Positions 56,728 through 64,000 of a stretch of DNA of 64,000 bases are shown here, one piece after another (the first letter of the stretch is position 1; every line of letters begins with the position of its first letter). Made by a program: the position numbers and the translations under genes. The stretch is taken from the NCBI GenBank assembly GCA_963736125.1, contig CAVTNQ010000002.1, positions 292,989 through 356,988 of the forward strand, given 5' to 3'. Under the pieces are notes generated by a model. The model ran no database searches, was not told where the DNA came from, and saw only the letters and a program-made list of their open reading frames with translations. Source of the stretch: Candidatus Latescibacterota bacterium (lineage in GTDB: Bacteria > Krumholzibacteriota > Krumholzibacteriia > WVZY01 > JAKEHA01).

Positions 56728-57777
56728 ATGGCCGAGAAAGATCGCTTGTTTCGCCTGACCGAATTCGCGTCATGCGCCGGTTGAGCCTCTAAATTCAGCG
56801 CGGCGGGGCTGCGCGAAATACTCGGCAAGTTGCCGGTTCCGGCCGATCCGAATGTATTGGTGGGTCACGCCGGGAGCGACGACGCCGGGGTCTATCGACT
56901 CTCGGACGACTCCGCGATGGTAGTCACGGTGGATTTCTTTACACCCATCGTCGACGACGCGTACGACTACGGCCGTGTTGCGGCGACCAACTCGCTCTCC
57001 GACGTGTACGCGATGGGCGGGCGCCCGATCGTGGCACTCAACATTGCGGGCTTTCCGGAGAACACGATTCCACCCGACGTGCTGGGCGAGATCATCCGCG
57101 GAGGCGCCGACGTCGCGCGCGCGGCGGGGGTTTCGATCCTGGGCGGTCACACCGTCAACGACGCCGAAGTGAAATACGGGCTCGCAGTGATCGGTATGAT
57201 CGACCCGCGTCGCATCGTGCGCAACGCCGGTGCGCGCGCGGGAGACGTCTTGATATTGACGAAGGCGATCGGAACCGGCGTGCTCGCGACGGCCTTGAAG
57301 CAGCGCACGCTTTCTCCCGAGCGAACGCGCGCGTTGGTCGCGTCGATGACGCAGCTCAATCGTGACGCCGCGGAGGCGATGCTTCGCCACGACCCGCACG
57401 CGTGCACGGACATCACCGGCTACGGGCTCGTCGGTCACGCCAACGAAATGGCGGAGGGAGGCAATGTCACCATCGTGCTGCGCGCGGCCGGCGTTCCGGT
57501 GCTCGAAGGCGCCCGCGAAGCAGTAGAGCAAGGCCACCTCACCGGCGGCGGCAAGGCGACGCGTCGTTTCATGCAGGACAAGGCGCGCGTCTCATCGGCA
57601 ATCGACGAGACGACGACGTCTCTGCTCTTCGACCCGCAGACGTCGGGCGGCTTGTTGATCGCGGTCGCACCCGAGCGCGCGCCCGCGTTGCTGGCCGAAC
57701 TCAAGCCGATGCATCCGCACGCCGCGATTGTCGGCGAGTGCATCGCGCGTCGCGACGTCTCCATCATCGTCGAATGA
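56728..57777 (+). CDS. selD: Selenide, water dikinase (selenophosphate synthetase), a selenoprotein with an in-frame UGA (Sec) at 56782-56784
   Basis: ATG at 56728 preceded by GGAGG; the N-terminus MAEKDRLFRLTEFASCAG-U-ASKFS aligns with the SelD motif RLTQYSHGAGCGCK with TGA at the Cys/Sec position; the rest (NVLVG..DDAGVY, TVDFFTPIVDD, RVAATNSLSDVYAMGG) is canonical SelD; the ORF track only reports the part after the TGA (56830..57777). Confidence 0.8.
56794..56817 (+). promoter_or_regulatory. Candidate bacterial SECIS hairpin downstream of the selD UGA
   Basis: UUC-A-GCGCGG / CGGGG loop / CUGCGC-GAA: a 9-bp stem with one bulged A and an apical loop about 22 nt after the UGA. Confidence 0.35.
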
Positions 57778-58160
57778 GGCTCTCGCTCGCGTCTACATTC
57801 CTCGTCATGATCGTGGTGCAGGCCGTGCACGCGATCGAAGAATTCCTCTTCGACTTCTGGAACGTGTTTCCGCCCATGCGCGCAGTGTACGGCGGCGTGC
57901 CCCGACTGGGCGAGCGCGTGTTCATCGCGTTTCATGCGCTTCTGATCGGAATCGGGCTGTGGAGCTACCGTCGCTGGGTGCGCGGTGGCGGGGCGAGTGC
58001 TCGCACGGTCATGCGTTGGGGAATTCTTGTGCAATCCTTCACCGTGCTGCTGCACGCGGCGTGGTTTCTCGCCGGGCTGCGATACCAACCTGGGCTGGCG
58101 ACCACACCGCTGTTCGTGCCGGCGATCGCACTGGCGATCGCGGCGTTGAAGCGCTCGTAG
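57774..58160 (+). CDS. Small integral membrane protein with an HXXEE motif (HAIEE), hypothetical
   Basis: ATG overlaps the selD stop (ATGA); four predicted TM helices; HXXEE-family signature. Confidence 0.45.
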   Translation: MRLSLASTFLVMIVVQAVHAIEEFLFDFWNVFPPMRAVYGGVPRLGERVFIAFHALLIGIGLWSYRRWVRGGGASARTVMRWGILVQSFTVLLHAAWFLAGLRYQPGLATTPLFVPAIALAIAALKRS

Positions 58161-58180
58161 CGATGGAGGGGGAAACGAGC

Positions 58181-59542
58181 CTAGAACATCGCGGCGCTCA
58201 AACCGGACGAGACCGCGGGCGCCGGGGCTTGCACCACCGTCGTGCGATCCAATCCTTCGTTCAGCGCCTCGTACATGCGGGAGAGATAGGCGTCGCGCAT
58301 CGCGTTGAAAGCGGCGATGTCGCGGGGAGTAATCGGATCCTTGGACGGCAAGTCGAGCATACGCGGGTTGACCCACTGGCCGTTCTTCTTCATGCGGTAG
58401 CACAGGTGTGGCCCCGTCGCGCAGCCCGTCGACCCAACGTAACCGATCAACTGCCCCTGCGTCACGCGGGCACCGGGGTGCACGCCCTTGCCGTATCCGG
58501 ACAAGTGCAGGTAATACGTCTCGTACGCCTTGCTGTGCCGGATGTGGACGAAGTTGCCGTTTCCGCTCTGATAATTCGCCGCCATCACGACACCGTCGCC
58601 GGTGGCGTACACCGGTGTGCCGCGCGCGGCCGCGTAGTCGACGCCGAAGTGCGGCTTGAAGCGGTGCTCGACGGGGTGGAAGCGGCGCATCGAGTAGTTC
58701 GACGAGATGCGCGAGAACTTGAGCGGCGCGCGGCGCATCGACTTCTGCATCGAGGTGCCGTCGAGCGCGTAGTAGCCCGCCGAGCGTCCCTCGGGCTGGT
58801 AGCGAATCGCGTTCACTTCCTTGCCCAGGTTGACGATGCGCGCGGCCAACACGTTTCCAACGGTCGAATAGCCCGTTTCGTACTCGCGGCGTTCGTAGAG
58901 CAGCGCGTACTGGTCGCCCTGGCGAAGGTCCTTCGCCAAGTCGATGGTCCAGCCGAAGATCTCGTCGATCGAGTTGGCCAACTCGACTTCGACGCCTTGC
59001 GTCTCGAGCGAAGCGGCGATCGAGTCGTAGATAGTTCCGTGAGTGACGTGGTAGGTGATTTCGTAGGGCACCTGCTCGAGAGCGACCGTGAAGGACTCGG
59101 CGCCGCGGCGCACGCACACGAAGTCCGCGGGGCTGGTATAGAGGACGAGGCTGTCGATCTCGCCCGCTTCATTGGTATAGAGGTCGAAGCTCTGCCCGTG
59201 GCGAACGCGACGCCAGTCGAAGGTCTTCTTGGTGTCGCGCGTCATGGCGTCGATCTCGTAGGCGGAGATACCGAGCGCGCGCAGCTCGTCGTACATGGTG
59301 CCATTCTTGTCGATGGTGCCGTGCACCGGCGCAGCCTTGACGGGTGCGGCGACGAACGCCGGGCCGTCGCCCTCGATCGAGGGCGCGTCCATCGCGAGGC
59401 CGTCTTCGGTATAGAGACACCCGACCGGCTCGTCGGCAGGGGCCGTGAGATGGTCCCAGATGGAATAGACGACGGGCTCCTGGCCAGTGAAAGCCAGGAC
59501 CGCGATGATTCCCGTTATCAACGGTGTCGTGCGTCTCTGCAT
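58181..59542 (-). CDS. M23-family metallopeptidase (LytM/lysostaphin-like), secreted
   Basis: Signal peptide; M23 motifs HFGVDYAA..G and GNGNFVHIRH...YLHLS; an internal ATG at 59542 is used; the ORF-track N-terminal extension is not credible. Confidence 0.7.
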   Translation of the reverse strand: MQRRTTPLITGIIAVLAFTGQEPVVYSIWDHLTAPADEPVGCLYTEDGLAMDAPSIEGDGPAFVAAPVKAAPVHGTIDKNGTMYDELRALGISAYEIDAMTRDTKKTFDWRRVRHGQSFDLYTNEAGEIDSLVLYTSPADFVCVRRGAESFTVALEQVPYEITYHVTHGTIYDSIAASLETQGVEVELANSIDEIFGWTIDLAKDLRQGDQYALLYERREYETGYSTVGNVLAARIVNLGKEVNAIRYQPEGRSAGYYALDGTSMQKSMRRAPLKFSRISSNYSMRRFHPVEHRFKPHFGVDYAAARGTPVYATGDGVVMAANYQSGNGNFVHIRHSKAYETYYLHLSGYGKGVHPGARVTQGQLIGYVGSTGCATGPHLCYRMKKNGQWVNPRMLDLPSKDPITPRDIAAFNAMRDAYLSRMYEALNEGLDRTTVVQAPAPAVSSGLSAAMF

Positions 59543-59740
59543 GTAATCTAACTTACGCTCATGTTTAAAGTTACTGCCGCAAAACGCGGCCCGGTGCAGG
59601 CTATCTTGAGCGTTCCGGGGTCGCCGGTTCAAGCCCTTTTTCGGCCGCCCGGGGTGGTAGCTGCAACTTCCATTCCGTGAAAGGGGGTTCCGCATCGTGT
59701 CCGATGGCGGATCGATAGGGAGGAAGGGACCGAGGCCGTT

Positions 59741-59788
59741 GGGCAACAAAACCGAATCCGCCGGCTGGGAACGCAAACCGGCGGATTC
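59741..59788 (-). terminator. Rho-independent terminator of the M14 peptidase gene (minus strand)
   Basis: Perfect 11-bp stem GAATCCGCCGG/CCGGCGGATTC with a 13-nt loop, followed on the minus strand by GGTTTTGTTG. Confidence 0.6.
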
Positions 59789-59842
59789 GTCAGGGGCGGC
59801 GAAGACGGACTCACCGCCGAAATAAATTGTGCACGCGAAGGG

Positions 59843-62128
59843 CTACTTGAGCAAGACCAACTTGCGCGCGACGGTCGTGTTGCCGACTTCGAGGCGAGCG
59901 AAGTAGATTCCGGACGCCGCGGTGCCGCCCGCGTCGTCGAGGCCGTTCCAATACGCAACATATGTTCCGGGTCGACGCGCTTCGCGCACCAGTGTCGCGA
60001 CGCGCGCGCCCGTCACCGAGTACACCGCCAGCACGACGTTCGTCGCTCCTGCGCCGGCCGAGCCGCCCACGACGAACGGAATGCGCGTCGAGGGATTGAA
60101 CGGATTGGGATAATTGGCGCCGACGTTGGTCTTGTACACGCGCGGTTCGTCGACCGCGGTCAGTGTTTCGATCGTGCGATCGCGACTGTTGCTCCACGCG
60201 CTGGACTGATTCTCGGCGTCGATCGCGCGCACGCGGAAGCGCCACAGTCCCGTCGACGGCGGCAGGAAATCGAACTCGTTGCCCGTGACACCGGTGGCGA
60301 CGGTGAAATTGCTCCCGCACGACGGCACCGGGAAGATGTTGTCGACGCGCACACCCGCGCCCAGCACGCCGCCGTCGGTGATGTACGAGATACGCACGAA
60401 GATATCCTCTCCGAGGTACGCGGTGAGCGGGAAGATGGCGTCGACCCAACCGGGACTGACACCGGTGAAGCCGTTGCCGCGATTGGAGCCGAAGGGATTG
60501 AAGTTGGTCGTGATGTTGCCCGGAATCGGCGTCCACGACGAGCCGCCGTCGGTGCTTACGTCCACGTAACCGTAGTCGTAGTTCGACTCGGTGTTGTAAT
60601 TCACCTTGAAGCGCAGCGTGTCCGCCGCCGCGTCGATCATGAGCGGCAGCGCCATGGTGAGCGTGCTGACCAGATTGTTGGAATTCCCGGAGAAGTATCC
60701 GGGGCCCGAGAAGCCGGTCGCGTTGTAGGTGAAGCCGCCGCCCACCCATCCGGTGAGGGCCGGTGTCGCCGGGTCGGTGAACGTGGTCGGATTCAAGCAG
60801 CCTTCGATGCTGTACGAGACGGCCGGATTGGGGTCGCCGGGATCCTGCGTCGCCCATGAGATGCGCGTGATCGCGTTGTTGTACGGGTCCGTCGTGGGAT
60901 CCTGATCGGGGGCCCACGGGCCCACGACACGGTACGGATTGTCGGCGAATTTGAGCAGCTTCATGTTCATGGGGAGCAGTAGATTGAACGTCGGCGTGAT
61001 CAATGCCTCGGCCGGACCGAAGCCGCCCTGCGCGGCACTGTTGATCTCCGGCGTATACGCGAAGATCTTGTTCTTCTCCACTTGCTCGCCGTAACCCCAG
61101 TCGTCGGAGTCGCCGTTGGTGATGTAGATCGCTCCACTCGCGGGATTGCCGGCCAAGTAGCCGTTCTCGAGCACGAGCGAATCGGCCAAGGCCGACATGG
61201 CGGGATGGTCGGGGGTGTTGCCGTAGATGTAGCCCCAGCTGTACAGCAACAGTTCGCCGTAGCTGTGGTACGAGAGCCAGGTCGTGAAGTGGCGCGAGTC
61301 GACGAAATTGCGAATCGCCTGCGTCTCCGGTTCGGAAAACTCGTAGGGCCCGCGATAGACGTCGCTCGACGTTTGCGGCGACGACCCGATGTCATCGTAG
61401 CCCCATTGGTAGCTGTAATTGCGATTCAGGTCGACGCCGAAGAACCCGTCGAGGTTGTCGCGACGGTTCTTTCGCCACCACGAATTGGGCGAGCCGGCGT
61501 GGTTCTGCTGCACGTAGAAATGCCCGTCGGGGTTGACCATCGGGATCACGTAGATCTCGCGCGTGTCGACGTAATTCGTGACGGTTGGATTGACGCCGTA
61601 GTTCTGACACAGGTACTGCGCGAACAAGAGCGGGATCTCCACACTCATCAGCTCGCGCGCGTGGTGGTCGCCCATGTAGAGCACTTCGGGCTCGTCTTCG
61701 TCGACGGCGACGTTGTCGGAGATCTTGAGTGCCGTGATGAAGCGTCCTTGCAGGCTGGTACCGACGATGGACTTCTTCGCGATGGCGGGGTACGTCGACA
61801 CGAGTGTCCCGAGGAGTGCCTCGGTTTCGGCGTAGGTGTGGTACTGGCCCAGGTTCGCGTCCAGCGCTTCCTGCGTCCGATCCGGCTTCTCGACTTGAAT
61901 CGAAATCGGGTAGGGGCGCGTGCGCAAGTACTCGAGGGCAGCGCCTTCGGCGAGGACGTCGATACCGTACTTTGTGCGGGCCAGGATTTCGATGCCGCGC
62001 GCTTGGAAATCGGCGATCTGCGCCGACCCCTTGTACGGAACGGTGACGACTTCGGAACGAACGTAAGACGGGAAGACGACGGCGGCGATCAGGAAGACCG
62101 CCCAGGGGTACCGGAGTCTCGATCTCAT
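59843..62128 (-). CDS. M14-family zinc carboxypeptidase with a T9SS/FlgD-like C-terminal sorting domain
   Basis: Signal peptide; M14 motifs (HHARELMSVE, NPDGH, YHSYGELLLY); C-terminal NPFNPSTRIPF...VYSVTGARVATLV...WNGLDDAGGTAASGIYFARLEVGN...KLVLLK. Confidence 0.75.
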   Translation of the reverse strand: MRSRLRYPWAVFLIAAVVFPSYVRSEVVTVPYKGSAQIADFQARGIEILARTKYGIDVLAEGAALEYLRTRPYPISIQVEKPDRTQEALDANLGQYHTYAETEALLGTLVSTYPAIAKKSIVGTSLQGRFITALKISDNVAVDEDEPEVLYMGDHHARELMSVEIPLLFAQYLCQNYGVNPTVTNYVDTREIYVIPMVNPDGHFYVQQNHAGSPNSWWRKNRRDNLDGFFGVDLNRNYSYQWGYDDIGSSPQTSSDVYRGPYEFSEPETQAIRNFVDSRHFTTWLSYHSYGELLLYSWGYIYGNTPDHPAMSALADSLVLENGYLAGNPASGAIYITNGDSDDWGYGEQVEKNKIFAYTPEINSAAQGGFGPAEALITPTFNLLLPMNMKLLKFADNPYRVVGPWAPDQDPTTDPYNNAITRISWATQDPGDPNPAVSYSIEGCLNPTTFTDPATPALTGWVGGGFTYNATGFSGPGYFSGNSNNLVSTLTMALPLMIDAAADTLRFKVNYNTESNYDYGYVDVSTDGGSSWTPIPGNITTNFNPFGSNRGNGFTGVSPGWVDAIFPLTAYLGEDIFVRISYITDGGVLGAGVRVDNIFPVPSCGSNFTVATGVTGNEFDFLPPSTGLWRFRVRAIDAENQSSAWSNSRDRTIETLTAVDEPRVYKTNVGANYPNPFNPSTRIPFVVGGSAGAGATNVVLAVYSVTGARVATLVREARRPGTYVAYWNGLDDAGGTAASGIYFARLEVGNTTVARKLVLLK

Positions 62129-62188
62129 GAAGATTCCCTTCCTTTAGTGGGCCGAGTTCGCTCATTATAATGCAAAAGCAGGGCGGGG

Positions 62189-63484
62189 ATGGAGAACCGA
62201 CTGAAAAAGCAACTGGCGCTGATCAAGGCGCGGGCGATGACCATCGCCCGGCGCAGCGAGAGCCATTGCGAACCTCCCTTCGAAACGCCTGCGAACGAAT
62301 CCGGTGACACGGCCGGGCCCTCCGCTAACCCCAACTCCGGCAACGCCTCTTCCAACCCGATCGTCGACGAGCTGATTCGGGCCGGGGCAGTGGGACGCGC
62401 CTCCGAGCTCGACCCCGACCGCTTCGAGCTGTCGCGCCGACTCCGACGCGGGCCGTGGTGGTGGCGACGCCGTCTGGGTCGCCCGTCCTCGGCGCTCGAT
62501 TCGATCGCGCGCAGCGAGCGCCAGTCGGGCTACGAAATCGAATTCCAGCGCGTGTTCGAGGGGCTGACGTCCGGCGAAGCGTTGGCTATCGATGGGGCGG
62601 TGCCGGGTGAGGGGCGCTCGCTCGACGGGTCGTCGTATTATCTCGTGCGATCGATGGGGTCCGACATCGACCCGATCGCCCCCACCGAAGCCGAACGCTT
62701 CGCGTCGTTGGGCGCCTGGCCGGAGACGGTGTCGCGCACGATGGTAGGACGTTTCGTGCGTCGCGGGTACGCAGCGCAGGGCTACGGCACTGCGACCGAT
62801 TTCGGCGAGACCATCCCGCTGTTTCGCAAGGCCGACCCGGCCTCGATTCTCTTCTTGGACATCGAGACGGCGGGGTTGTCGGCCAACACCTACGTGTTCC
62901 TGTGCGGGCTCATGCGCTTCGTGCCGGAATCGGGCGCGTTCGACGTCGAGCAGGTGTTCGCGCGCGACTATGCCGAGGAGGAGGGACTGCTCCTGCACGT
63001 GCGCGCGGCTCTCGAGCGCTTCGATACGGTGGTGACGTACAACGGGGCCAGCTTCGACATGCCGTTCCTGCGTACGCGCATGGCGGTGCACCGCATTCCC
63101 GACATCGTCCCGATGGGCTCGGTCGATCTATTGCACGCGACTCGGCGGGTGTTCAAGCCGGCGTTGCCCAACGTCCGGCTGGTCACGGTCGAAGAGCACC
63201 TGCGCGGTGTCACGCGCGTCGACGACATCCCCAGCCGCTTCATCCCCCGCGCCTACCACGAGTATGTTCGGACCCAGGACGCTCGCATCATGCGCAATGT
63301 CGTTTATCACAATCGCATGGACATCTTCACCATGGCCGTGATCTTGAACCACCTGGCCAGTCGGTCCGCCGATGCCGCCAAGGCCAGCGTGGACGCGGCG
63401 TTCCTGGGGGTTGAAAAGCCGTTTGCGCCCGCCCCTCCCGGTGATACCATCGCCCCGCCGAACCCGCCTCACGTGCCTTTCTAG
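62189..63484 (+). CDS. YprB-like RNase H-fold (DnaQ-like exonuclease superfamily) protein
   Basis: ILFLDIETAGLS and VTYNGASFDMPFL motifs of the RNase_H_2/YprB family; paired with the downstream helicase. Confidence 0.55.
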   Translation: MENRLKKQLALIKARAMTIARRSESHCEPPFETPANESGDTAGPSANPNSGNASSNPIVDELIRAGAVGRASELDPDRFELSRRLRRGPWWWRRRLGRPSSALDSIARSERQSGYEIEFQRVFEGLTSGEALAIDGAVPGEGRSLDGSSYYLVRSMGSDIDPIAPTEAERFASLGAWPETVSRTMVGRFVRRGYAAQGYGTATDFGETIPLFRKADPASILFLDIETAGLSANTYVFLCGLMRFVPESGAFDVEQVFARDYAEEEGLLLHVRAALERFDTVVTYNGASFDMPFLRTRMAVHRIPDIVPMGSVDLLHATRRVFKPALPNVRLVTVEEHLRGVTRVDDIPSRFIPRAYHEYVRTQDARIMRNVVYHNRMDIFTMAVILNHLASRSADAAKASVDAAFLGVEKPFAPAPPGDTIAPPNPPHVPF

Positions 63485-63543
63485 CCGCGTGTCGTCCGCG
63501 ATCTCGTCGCGTGCGCGACGCGCACCACGAGGAATCGCGAGCC

Positions 63544-64000
63544 ATGAACGTCGACAAGTTTCTCCGCCATATTCAGTCCGCCGAGTGGTACGACGGCCAA
63601 GTCGTCCGTGTCGAAGCACTCCCCGAACGACCGGCGCGCTTCGCCGCGTTGGAGCCGCCGGTCGACCCGCGCGTGGCGTCGGTGATCGGCCACGACGGCA
63701 TCGCGCGGCTCTACACGCACCAAGCGGAGGCGATCGCGCACGCGCGCAACGGCGAACACGTCGTCGTCGTCACGGGGACGGCGAGCGGTAAGACGCTGTG
63801 CTACAACGTGCCGGTCCTGGAGTCGATCCTCGCCGACCCGTCGTCGTGCGCGCTCTATTTGTATCCGACGAAAGCACTCGCACAGGACCAGCTGCGCACG
63901 CTGACGCGCTACTTGGAAGCGGATCCGACGCTCCCACTGGTGGCCGGCACGTACGACGGCGACACACCGCCGAACGCGCGCAGGAAGCTCAAGAACGAAG
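63544..64000 (+). CDS. DEAD/DEAH-box helicase, YprA-like (partial, runs off the window end)
   Basis: N-terminus with the Q-motif-like LYTHQAEA and Walker A TGTASGKT, the usual partner of YprB; there is no stop within the window. Confidence 0.6.
   Translation, partial: MNVDKFLRHIQSAEWYDGQVVRVEALPERPARFAALEPPVDPRVASVIGHDGIARLYTHQAEAIAHARNGEHVVVVTGTASGKTLCYNVPVLESILADPSSCALYLYPTKALAQDQLRTLTRYLEADPTLPLVAGTYDGDTPPNARRKLKNE

Noticed and set aside
59543-59740. Possible tRNA-Sec (selC) or other structured RNA in the about 300-nt gap upstream of the M23 peptidase gene
   Set aside because: The fragments GGTTCAAGCC and GGTTCC looked tRNA-like, but I could not build a cloverleaf on either strand: no acceptor stem, and the T-stem does not pair. 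Only the M14 terminator hairpin at 59754..59788 is convincing.
1-64000. CRISPR arrays, rRNA/tRNA genes, insertion sequences or integrases
   Set aside because: I found no direct-repeat/spacer periodicity, no transposase or integrase-like ORFs, no inverted terminal repeats, and no regions with rRNA/tRNA-like composition or structure. The only repeats are the paralogous kinase genes.

Overview
This is a high-GC (about 68%) segment of a Gram-negative chromosome, most plausibly Gemmatimonadota- or Acidobacteriota-like, with genes on the + strand in nearly gene-to-gene contact. The large minus-strand ORFs that overlap + strand genes are GC-driven artefacts. In order along the window: (1) a nucleotide-sugar and polysaccharide export locus (ugd, rfbB, wecB, Wzx-like flippase, WecA/MraY-family transferase), coupled by 4-nt start/stop overlaps. 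(2) hemC and serS. (3) A sensor kinase next to a REC-PglZ response regulator, an architecture that matches the PorY/PorX regulators of type IX secretion. (4) tsaE, tsaB, rimI, a PNP-family phosphorylase, accD, folC, a ROK kinase, an LptD-like OstA-family outer-membrane protein, and HU with a clear intrinsic terminator. (5) A secreted fusion of a degenerate metallophosphatase fold to a tetraheme (4x CxxCH) cytochrome, followed by an overlapping secreted hypothetical protein and a secreted HExxH metalloprotease carrying a T9SS/FlgD-like C-terminal sorting domain. (6) A cysteine synthase/CBS-like enzyme and a cystathionine gamma-synthase/lyase. (7) A lower-GC islet with two tiny zinc-ribbon ORFs. 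(8) An outer-membrane beta-barrel, an odd REC-HisKA protein, two TPR proteins and an HD protein (the latter three on the minus strand), a pair of ABC exporter half-transporters, and TamA/TamB. (9) A GNAT acetyltransferase, a minus-strand PAP2 phosphatase and a tandem array of four membrane Hanks-type Ser/Thr kinases. Three kinases have TolB-like beta-propeller ectodomains and one has an FGE-sulfatase plus alpha/beta-hydrolase ectodomain. A 5' relic of a fifth kinase now forms the upstream region of selD. (10) selD itself, a selenoprotein with an in-frame UGA at the conserved Cys/Sec position, then an HXXEE membrane protein, an M23 peptidase, an M14 carboxypeptidase with a T9SS-type C-terminal domain, and a YprB-like RNase H-fold protein followed by a partial YprA-like helicase. 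At least eight conserved genes (HK, REC-PglZ, tsaE, tsaB twice, tamA, GNAT, kinase 1) carry single-nucleotide frameshifts. These look like assembly indel errors rather than pseudogenes, and they create several misleading giant ORFs in the six-frame track. I found no rRNA, tRNA, CRISPR or obvious mobile element.
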